43,923 bases of DNA. Source: a virus (taxonomy: Duplodnaviria; Caudoviricetes). Shown here piece after piece: positions 34,863-42,233 of the stretch. The first letter of the stretch is position 1. Every line of letters begins with the position of its first letter. The position numbers and the translations under genes were made by a program. The notes beneath the pieces were generated by a model. That model was not told the DNA's origin. It ran no database searches and was given only the letters and a program-made list of their open reading frames with translations. The stretch spans positions 1 to 43,923 of IMG/VR virus record IMGVR_UViG_3300022917_000017. The stretch is one strand, 5' to 3'.

Positions 34863-35657
34863 TTATCTCGTGTGTATTTGAATCCATCCTTCGGGAATTA
34901 AATCTACTGGTGGCGACAGAATTCCCGACTGGCTGCCGAACCAGGTTTGATACGATGGTGTGATGATCGTTTTATTCGGATTAAGTCCAAGGTATGAAGA
35001 CCACCATGCGAATGTACTATTCGAGTTTATGTGATGGTCACAGGAAGCAAGTACCGAAAAGTCGTCCCATTCATCACCACAAAACGAAAATTTCAAATCG
35101 TAAAATGATGATTGTGGAATGTTCTTCTGGCACCACTCTATATCATCACTTGCGACAATAAACCCTTTTATTGGCTTATCAAGCATGCGAAACATTGCCT
35201 CGTGAATGTACTCAATAGGCACTGGCGGGAAGCTACCCGCATGCTGAACATAATCACCACGACGAACATGGACAGAGCAATATCCGGATCGATCAGACCA
35301 CCTTACATACTTACCGAAAGTATCTTTAACTTCATCCTTCGCATTCTCAAAGTACTTCTCTGACTGGAAGAACCCGACAAGCTCTACGCCTTCCGGGAAG
35401 AAAGGTATATCGTGGTAGTTGAACCACTCGTTATCCCAGCCGCGCTGATGCTCCGAGTAACGACGGTATGATCCACCGCAGTACGGCAGATCCGGCATGA
35501 ACCGGTCAACCTGGTTCGCCTGGAACCCCTGCTCTACGTAGCCCTTCTTGATCCCCCACTTGACTCCGTACTTCTTAGCGTAGCCTATGCAGGCGGCTAT
35601 CTGGAACATGTTGTTTGCAAGCCGACCGATGAACTTCGGATATACTAGTGCGCTCAT
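34863..35657 (-). CDS. GT11 alpha-1,2-fucosyltransferase-like
   Basis: GRLANNMF, GFFQSEKYF, VHVRRGDY, SDDIEWC, NSTFAWW. Confidence 0.92.
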   Translation of the reverse strand: MSALVYPKFIGRLANNMFQIAACIGYAKKYGVKWGIKKGYVEQGFQANQVDRFMPDLPYCGGSYRRYSEHQRGWDNEWFNYHDIPFFPEGVELVGFFQSEKYFENAKDEVKDTFGKYVRWSDRSGYCSVHVRRGDYVQHAGSFPPVPIEYIHEAMFRMLDKPIKGFIVASDDIEWCQKNIPQSSFYDLKFSFCGDEWDDFSVLASCDHHINSNSTFAWWSSYLGLNPNKTIITPSYQTWFGSQSGILSPPVDLIPEGWIQIHTR

Positions 35658-35902
35658 GCAGAACCGTATTTATATGATTTGAATCCTTCACCATCTTCAT
35701 CCTCGTCCCATTCGTCGCCTTCCTCTCGCTCAGTAGTTTCTTTGCAAAAGAATCCTAGTTCGTCAAGTCGATTCCTATCTTCTTCAGATACATCTTCTGA
35801 CTTTATTCCAACAACATGAATTGTTTCATGTGTACAATGAAATGGGTACGATGGATCACCGTACTTTAAAAGTATTGTAAGTGCTTCTATAAGATCTTTC
35901 AT
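35654..35902 (-). CDS. Conserved small acidic phage protein (AT-rich insert)
   Basis: MKDLIEAL.I..KY...P.HC.H...VS.ED...LDELGF...YGSA; ATGA overlaps at both ends. Confidence 0.75.
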   Translation of the reverse strand: MKDLIEALTILLKYGDPSYPFHCTHETIHVVGIKSEDVSEEDRNRLDELGFFCKETTEREEGDEWDEDEDGEGFKSYKYGSA

Positions 35903-36570
35903 AGCGGTATTACTTTAAGTAGGTTTCTGGGTTTTACAAACTGACATTCCAAATATATACTGAACAACCTTTCTAGTATGAACACCCCTATAGGCCAGTC
36001 TTCTAATCCTAACTTTGCTTTAACGATCTGCCTTTCCTCTTCCGTCTTATACTTGGCATAGCCTGACGGAGCGCGGTAAACTTCGGGGTGCTGATCCATG
36101 TAAGACATAACTGGGCGCAGCCAGTGGGTAACATAATGTTTATACATGTCTGCACGAGCAACAAAGTGGTTCTCATAGATCGTGTGGGTTACTTCTTTCG
36201 GGATCTGGAATTCCTTCCGAAGGTGCTCGATGGCCGGCGTCCAGTGCGGGTGGTGCCAAGTTTCAGCGTTGCTCATTGGCTTATGATTATTCGACCTCGG
36301 GGTAAGTATAGCAACGTCGTAGTCAAGCGTGCGCAGCTTCTCTTCAGTAAGTTCACCGCTAGTCCTGATGCTGTCCTGGCGCTTTGCCTTGAGTCGCCAT
36401 GAGCATACCCCGATCAAGTCAACAGTATGAATATTAGGTACAGTATTCGCGATAACGCTGTTCTCGAAGTAGTCACTCAACCGCCACGTACGAACTGGAG
36501 TTGCAAACTTATACAGCTCAAGGAAATGCTCGTCCTTGTAGTATATCTGAAGGAATTTAAGGCTACGCAT
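35899..36570 (-). CDS. Putative glycosyltransferase (DUF4422-like)
   Basis: QIYY, YFE, IGV.SWR, N.FVA...Y..Y...WL.P, FILERLFS; first enzyme of the glycan cluster. Confidence 0.6.
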   Translation of the reverse strand: MRSLKFLQIYYKDEHFLELYKFATPVRTWRLSDYFENSVIANTVPNIHTVDLIGVCSWRLKAKRQDSIRTSGELTEEKLRTLDYDVAILTPRSNNHKPMSNAETWHHPHWTPAIEHLRKEFQIPKEVTHTIYENHFVARADMYKHYVTHWLRPVMSYMDQHPEVYRAPSGYAKYKTEEERQIVKAKLGLEDWPIGVFILERLFSIYLECQFVKPRNLLKVIPL

Positions 36571-36763
36571 TCAACCAGTCTTTAACCTTCTGAAAGCACT
36601 TCCCGCAGCCCCACTTCGTATACAACTCACCTCCCGGGTGAGCCTCGTTGTATAACCCAAAGGCTATATTCCAAAGACGTGAATCATTCTGTGCATTGTT
36701 CCATTCAGAAGATGCACGTAACGTGTCTCGGATGCTCTCGCGTGTGTGCGCTTGCTTAGTCAT
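36563..36763 (-). CDS. Small CxxC protein
   Basis: LYN...GCGKCFQKV..WL. Confidence 0.65.
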   Translation of the reverse strand: MTKQAHTRESIRDTLRASSEWNNAQNDSRLWNIAFGLYNEAHPGGELYTKWGCGKCFQKVKDWLNA

Positions 36764-37035
36764 TATAAGCTATACTTTTTAACAGCTTCTTTTGCCGCCA
36801 TGAGTACAGCATCCATTGCGTTAATATTAGGCCGTAGTTCGTCGATTTTATCGAACAGACTTCTAAGTCCTTTTTCGTGAGGCTCCATGTATGCTTTACC
36901 AAGCTTCTCATAAAACACTTTCAGAAAAGGGTCAACCCCGTACCCTACTAGGGCATCAAGAGCGCTCAGTTCTGTTTCGTTTAATGTAAGTAGGATCTCA
37001 AAGTTTACCCCTACTTTTGCTGTTATCTTTGCCAT
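36763..37035 (-). CDS. Hypothetical protein
   Basis: L.L.E.E..ALDALVGYG.D.FL.VFY.KLGK.Y..PHE.GL.SLF. Confidence 0.75.
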   Translation of the reverse strand: MAKITAKVGVNFEILLTLNETELSALDALVGYGVDPFLKVFYEKLGKAYMEPHEKGLRSLFDKIDELRPNINAMDAVLMAAKEAVKKYSL

Positions 37036-37058
37036 ACAAAATGTGTGTTTATCCGGGT

Positions 37059-37090
37059 CAAACTTATAAATTTAATTTGAATTAACCAAA
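37059..37090 (-). promoter_or_regulatory. Bacteroidota promoter ahead of the glycan operon
   Basis: TTTG-N20-TAAGTTTG. Confidence 0.8.
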
Positions 37091-37118
37091 AAGAAAAACC
37101 GCCCCTTTCGAAGCGGTT
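37088..37118 (-). terminator. Intrinsic terminator after the capsid/major tail genes
   Basis: AACCGCTTC-GAAA-GGGGCGGTT followed by TTTCTTTTT. Confidence 0.85.
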
Positions 37119-37144
37119 CTTATGGATAAAACACTACACGAGTT

Positions 37145-37705
37145 CTACAGTTCGAATGCTTGCAGGTAGTTCAGGGTGGCCTGATAACCGCCTGGTAATC
37201 GGAAACGCAGTTTCTTAGTCTTCTCTGAACCGGTTAAGGTCACAGTGTCGGTGGTGTCTGAGTCCGATGTCTGGCCGCTGTTTTGCTCTGCCGCTGTCGC
37301 GCTCAATCCGTTCCCGGCACCCAAGATAAAGAAATTCTGGTTGTTGTCCTCGATGATTACTACAACGTCCTGAGCGATCTCAAGTTGTTGCAAGGTAACG
37401 TCGTCGCTTGTTGACTTTGACAATACCTTCGCAACTACTGTGTGCGTCCACGACTTGTTTCCGCCGCTTGTTACAGCGAGGGAGTCACCGAAAGAGTGTG
37501 AGTACTTCTGACCGTCGAAGCGCCACAGTCCGCCGTAAGGACCGAAGTCCAGCGCGGTTATGTCGCCAGTTTGGGACAGTGATATTTGAGTGTCCAAGGC
37601 AGATCTTTGAAGCACCCAGAAGTGAGGGGCAGCGCCCCCCACTCCAAGAATATCCTCGCAGTCGGCATTAAGGCCACCGGTTATCTTGCAATTTTTAAGT
37701 GCCAT
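37145..37705 (-). CDS. Major tail (tube) protein
   Basis: C.IT.G...C....GG, V.IIEDNN....ILG..NGL, SG...D.....TL.G.E; follows the MCP. Confidence 0.75.
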   Translation of the reverse strand: MALKNCKITGGLNADCEDILGVGGAAPHFWVLQRSALDTQISLSQTGDITALDFGPYGGLWRFDGQKYSHSFGDSLAVTSGGNKSWTHTVVAKVLSKSTSDDVTLQQLEIAQDVVVIIEDNNQNFFILGAGNGLSATAAEQNSGQTSDSDTTDTVTLTGSEKTKKLRFRLPGGYQATLNYLQAFEL

Positions 37706-37720
37706 AGTGCCTCCTTTGGT

Positions 37721-38749
37721 TTAGTATACGATGGTCGAAAGGTCGCAGTGCAGGTATTGGTACCCGAACTTCATGTTACCTTCGAAGTAGTACTTGCGGT
37801 CTTTGCGTTCGTACCAGCCTTCTACCTTGTTCAGGTCGGCTGTGTTCTCTACTCCGATGATGTGGTTTTCCTTCATGGTCAACAGCACCAGGTGGCGAGT
37901 AGTAGCGTACAGCGGGTTAGTGCTATCAGCAAGGAACTCATCCCACAGACGTACAGGAATCACAGGGATGCCGTTGTAAGTAACTGTGCGAACGCCGTCA
38001 ATCAAGGCAGTATAAGCCAGCTCAGTGAAGCCAGAAGACACGCTTTGCAGCGATGACACGTAACCGTCGTAAACCGAACCGGTCACGTAGAAACGAAGTT
38101 TGCTTTTGTTCGACTTCAGCAAGTTGCTGGAAGAATCCCAGGCTGCTTTCAGGGCCGCCAATGCGTTCGCATCAGAGATTGAACCTGTGCCCAGAGCGTT
38201 ACCAGCACGGCGCACGCAATAGTTAGACCCACCTGAGGTGTCGATCAGGCGAGGCCACACACCGTTGATTGTGTTCCAATCAGCGCTTGAGCTGTCCTGA
38301 TCACCGAAGAAGATACGGCGTGCGATGTCACGGCGTAGGCCGGTTTCGATAACCTGATCAATCACACGAGCCACCGGAGTACCGGAAGGGTCGAACGAGT
38401 TGATACCGGTTTTCAGCCACTCCTGCGCCAGGTTGTTATACCGGGAGGCAAGTTGCTGAGTGAAGTCGTCCTTGCACCATTCCAGGCCGATCTCGAACTC
38501 TTTCGTTTCGAGAGTGACGTTACCGATTGCCACAGTGCCGTTGTAGGTCCGTGCGCAACCGACGTATGGTTTCAAAATCTTGTCGAGGTTCGGAACGACG
38601 TTGTAAATCTTCCGGAAGCTGATGCCCGGGTCGATGATTGCAAAGTCTCCGAGCGCCGGGGAGTCGTCAATCACCGGCTTAAAAAACAACTCCGTGGTAA
38701 GAATGCCAGGGTAGGTGTAGTTAAAATTGGTAGTTAAGGCGGTAGCCAT
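37721..38749 (-). CDS. Major capsid protein
   Basis: 342 aa after the prohead protease; E.C.DD, F.GD, NG....L, YNGIPV, G.E...D. Confidence 0.8.
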   Translation of the reverse strand: MATALTTNFNYTYPGILTTELFFKPVIDDSPALGDFAIIDPGISFRKIYNVVPNLDKILKPYVGCARTYNGTVAIGNVTLETKEFEIGLEWCKDDFTQQLASRYNNLAQEWLKTGINSFDPSGTPVARVIDQVIETGLRRDIARRIFFGDQDSSSADWNTINGVWPRLIDTSGGSNYCVRRAGNALGTGSISDANALAALKAAWDSSSNLLKSNKSKLRFYVTGSVYDGYVSSLQSVSSGFTELAYTALIDGVRTVTYNGIPVIPVRLWDEFLADSTNPLYATTRHLVLLTMKENHIIGVENTADLNKVEGWYERKDRKYYFEGNMKFGYQYLHCDLSTIVY

Positions 38750-38771
38750 TTTGTTATTTTGTTTGCGGTGA

Positions 38772-39956
38772 TTAGTTCTTTTTCATTGCCATGATGTTCT
38801 TGATACCGAGCATGGCCGGTTCTTCAAGAAGTTCCTCAAGCATTTCACTGTCGGTTGATGCCTGTGCGCCTGGCGTGCGCGGTGTTGCTGCTGCGGAAGG
38901 AGGTGTAGTCTTGCCTACCGTGAACTTGTCGAACTCAGCCTTTAGGGTTGAGAACGCCTGTGCGGTGGCTTGTACTTTATCCTCTGCATCCTTTACCTTG
39001 GCTTCGGCTGTAGCGACTGCTGCTTGCGCGGCCTGTGCTGCTGCTTTCTCCTGATCTGCGGCGGCTTTCGCTGCTGCCAGTTCTTGCTCCAATGCCACTA
39101 CACGGGCTTCTGCTGCCGATGGCGCAGGAGGTGCCACAGGGGCAGGTGCGGGAGCCGGAGCTACGGGTGCTGGCGCTGCTGCGGCTGCTTCTTTAACTTC
39201 GGTGACAACGCCACCTGTTACTGTTACAGTTCTGCCGTCTTTCAGCGTGTAAACCTGATCAGGAGCCGGAGCGCCGTTTATTAATGCGGGCTTACCCATA
39301 AGGTCGCCATCGCCATCGATTTGCAAAATGCTGCCGTCCGTTAACGGTAGGTCAACATTCATAGGCCCCATTCCAAGGGCCATGGCGCAGTATGCAAGTG
39401 CTTTGCGTACAGCTGTAAGTTCTTTTGTTTGGTACATGTGTGTTGATTTACCGAGCGCGACGGCTCGAATAGGTTCTACAATTCTGTCGGCAAAACGCAT
39501 CTGTACCGCCTGCTGCGCTGACATGACGGTTTCGTTCTTCATCATCAACTGGATCTGATCGTAGGGTATTCCGGTCTTACGGACGTACGCCTCCGCCAAG
39601 TCTCGCTGTAGGTTTCGTAGTTCACTGGCTCCGGCTTCAAGGGAATCTGCGTCCCCCTGGATTTCGTTCCACGGGTTGTGGATCATGAAAATGCTCGGGT
39701 TGCGAATCTCAATTTCGTCTCCTGCGAGGGCGATGAAAGTAGCGATACTTTGCGCCTCTCCTTCGATGATGGTTTTGATGTGCTTGCCGGCGGCCTTCAG
39801 TACGTGGTAGGTGTTGAACCCTGCTGCTACTGACCCGCCTGGGGATTGGATGTGTACAACTAAGGATGTAGCGCCTTTGAGGGCATCCAACTGGCGCTTT
39901 ACTTCCAGGTGATAATCCCGTTCAATGACGTCGTTAATCCAAATGTGACCTTCCAT
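38772..39956 (-). CDS. ClpP-type prohead protease fused to scaffold
   Basis: IQSPGGSV, AQSIAT, FMIHNP, ET.M...A....FAD; Ala/Pro linker and coiled coil; likely start ATG 39956. Confidence 0.92.
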   Translation of the reverse strand: MEGHIWINDVIERDYHLEVKRQLDALKGATSLVVHIQSPGGSVAAGFNTYHVLKAAGKHIKTIIEGEAQSIATFIALAGDEIEIRNPSIFMIHNPWNEIQGDADSLEAGASELRNLQRDLAEAYVRKTGIPYDQIQLMMKNETVMSAQQAVQMRFADRIVEPIRAVALGKSTHMYQTKELTAVRKALAYCAMALGMGPMNVDLPLTDGSILQIDGDGDLMGKPALINGAPAPDQVYTLKDGRTVTVTGGVVTEVKEAAAAAPAPVAPAPAPAPVAPPAPSAAEARVVALEQELAAAKAAADQEKAAAQAAQAAVATAEAKVKDAEDKVQATAQAFSTLKAEFDKFTVGKTTPPSAAATPRTPGAQASTDSEMLEELLEEPAMLGIKNIMAMKKN

Positions 39957-39962
39957 TATGGG

Positions 39963-40017
39963 CAAAGATGGAAGGAAAAGAAACGCGTTTGCGGTGCGGT
40001 AACATGGGGTGTTACCG
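39963..40017 (-). promoter_or_regulatory. Putative late promoter of the head operon
   Basis: Palindrome GGTAACA-N5-TGTTACC, 27 nt, CATCTTTG, 6 nt, ATG. Confidence 0.7.
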
Positions 40018-40212
40018 GTATTTGTCCACTATTCTGATGATGGTCATTTTAGATATACCGAACTTAACAGCTATCTGGGCATAGCTTTTCCCTGCCTTTA
40101 CAGCGGATAGGACATCGTAATCCCGGAGTACTTCTGGGTGCGCACCTTTGTAGTCAAGTGCCGTAGCCCAGAACCCACGCGAGAACTTCAATAGCTTACC
40201 CCCCTGCTTCAT
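40012..40212 (-). CDS. Helix-turn-helix protein (candidate late activator)
   Basis: GKSYAQIAVKFGISKMTIIRIV. Confidence 0.8.
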   Translation of the reverse strand: MKQGGKLLKFSRGFWATALDYKGAHPEVLRDYDVLSAVKAGKSYAQIAVKFGISKMTIIRIVDKYR

Positions 40213-42233
40213 TGACGACGGTTGTTAAGTCTTGCGGCGCGCTCACGTTGCTCTATGGTCTTCAGCCCTTTGGCAGTTTCAGACAGATCCAGAACTACAG
40301 TCATGTCCTGTAATGATCTTGCAGAGGCTAGTGAAGCGTCCGCGCTGCTTACCGATGCATTAGCTACTAAGCCTCCGTCTGCATAGCCCCTGAGTCTCAT
40401 GCTCTCAAGTGCCTGGATGTGAGGCTGTGCCGATGCACTCATGACTACACGCTTCGGTGCTACGTACTCGTGCGCATGGACTACCCCGGCCGGCTTGTGG
40501 CCTGAACTATCCGGGCTACCAAATCCTGAGCCTGTGTACCCTCCGGCTGCAAACTTCACATTATTAATCTGGGCTACAGTTTTTATGCCGTTTGCATAAG
40601 CAAGTATCTTAGCTGCTGTTGCTAATGTTGGACCAACGATAGGAATACCTACCAACGACTCGAATGCCTTCTGAGATGAAAGAAGGGTTGATATTAAAGC
40701 CTGGGCAGAAGCGAAAACTTTATAGGCTACGGACCCATCTGAGAATAGCTGTGCAGCCTGCTCCGTGGTGTACTCCAACGCCGCAAGTCTTTGCTTGTTA
40801 AACGCATTTTGTATCTCCGCAAGCTTGTTTTGATCGGATGCTACCTTTGCATTAACCTCCCCTGATAACCTTCCGGTTTCAATCATTACATCCTGCTTAA
40901 TCCGCTCGCTGTCGACTACCTTCGTGTTGGAGTCGATAACGTCTTTTGTAGTACCATAGGCGTCAGTAGTACGATTTGTTCCATATTGCTTATCTGCTGG
41001 GTTAACCTCATCCTGAGGGCCATTTTTAAAGAACTGCTGATCCCTCGCTGTGCGTCTTCTGTTTTGCTCTAGTATGTTTTGAAGTTCCAATATGGCCTTC
41101 TCTGCCATTATGTTTTCAGTCTTCTTACCCTCAATCTCTTCGGCTATATCCAGGTTATCCCTGTTTAATTCGTTTATCTTGTTCTGTGCTACATAGTCAA
41201 AACGGATGTCGGCAGATGACAATTTTATCGCATCCTTTAAAACGTTGTTAACAGTCTTTCGAAGCTCCGCGCTTCTGGTAAGTTCGTTGTTTACTTTCTT
41301 CGCTGCCTCTAGTCTTTCAGCGTCAGACTTGCTTTCGTCGTCCCTTATTCGTCTTTGAACCTCCGCAAGTCTCTCTGCTTCCTTAGCTTCCCCTGCGGCT
41401 ACAGTTCTTGCTTGTTCTAAAAGAACTATCCTTTCTTGGTAGTATGCGATTGCCTGTGCTTGATAGGCCGCACCCGTTCCGAATAGCGCCTGATTTAATC
41501 CGAATGCCAGCCTTGAAAGCACTCCATTTGATCCTGTGTTACCACCTCCACCTGTCTGGTCTTGAACGAACTTACCATATTTGTTTTGTGCCTGCTCGAA
41601 GGCTGCTCCCAACTGATTTACAGCGTTACCATAATCACGCGCTCCTACTGACGATGTTGTGTATAATGTAGTTAGTGCTGTTATCCCTGCGATCGTTGCG
41701 GTTATTGGGTTGATGAATGATTTAAGAGTTCCTATAAGACTACCAACGTTTACGCCATGGATGTTTATCTGCTTGGATGCCTCAACGATTGATTGCGTGT
41801 ACTTCCCTATGTTATCCTTAAAGCTACCCGCACGCTTCGACCCTTCGTTAACCGTGTCGTTAAGTTTCTTAAGTTGCTTCTCAAGCTCTACAGCACGCTT
41901 CTGTCCTTCCTTTGTTGACGTGTTTAAGTTGTTATACTCCCTGGTAAGTTCTGCAATCTTTATCCGCATGGCGTTGCGGCTGTTGCTCTCCGTGTCGAGC
42001 AGTTTGATTGTTTGTCGCTTCAGGTCTTGATCCTGCTTCATTGACTTCTGAAGCTTAAGCGATTCCTTTACGAACTCTTCCTGCGATGTCTTACCTTCCT
42101 TGTATGACTTGTTAAGATCCGATACAGCTTTGCGATTAGAAAGGATTGAGTTCTCCAACCGCTCTAGTTCCTTCTCAGCGCCTCCCTGGTCTACATCCAG
42201 CTTTAGTATTACTTCTTCCTCCCTCTTCGCCAT
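40209..42233 (-). CDS. Tail tape measure protein
   Basis: Long helical coiled coil; NIG.Y motif; C-terminal FAAGGYTG...AGVVHA.EYV...GYADGG. Confidence 0.85.
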   Translation of the reverse strand: MAKREEEVILKLDVDQGGAEKELERLENSILSNRKAVSDLNKSYKEGKTSQEEFVKESLKLQKSMKQDQDLKRQTIKLLDTESNSRNAMRIKIAELTREYNNLNTSTKEGQKRAVELEKQLKKLNDTVNEGSKRAGSFKDNIGKYTQSIVEASKQINIHGVNVGSLIGTLKSFINPITATIAGITALTTLYTTSSVGARDYGNAVNQLGAAFEQAQNKYGKFVQDQTGGGGNTGSNGVLSRLAFGLNQALFGTGAAYQAQAIAYYQERIVLLEQARTVAAGEAKEAERLAEVQRRIRDDESKSDAERLEAAKKVNNELTRSAELRKTVNNVLKDAIKLSSADIRFDYVAQNKINELNRDNLDIAEEIEGKKTENIMAEKAILELQNILEQNRRRTARDQQFFKNGPQDEVNPADKQYGTNRTTDAYGTTKDVIDSNTKVVDSERIKQDVMIETGRLSGEVNAKVASDQNKLAEIQNAFNKQRLAALEYTTEQAAQLFSDGSVAYKVFASAQALISTLLSSQKAFESLVGIPIVGPTLATAAKILAYANGIKTVAQINNVKFAAGGYTGSGFGSPDSSGHKPAGVVHAHEYVAPKRVVMSASAQPHIQALESMRLRGYADGGLVANASVSSADASLASARSLQDMTVVLDLSETAKGLKTIEQRERAARLNNRRQ

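Noticed and set aside
39040-39190. GC-rich repetitive stretch
   Set aside because: Encodes the Ala/Pro linker of the protease-scaffold, not a DNA repeat element.
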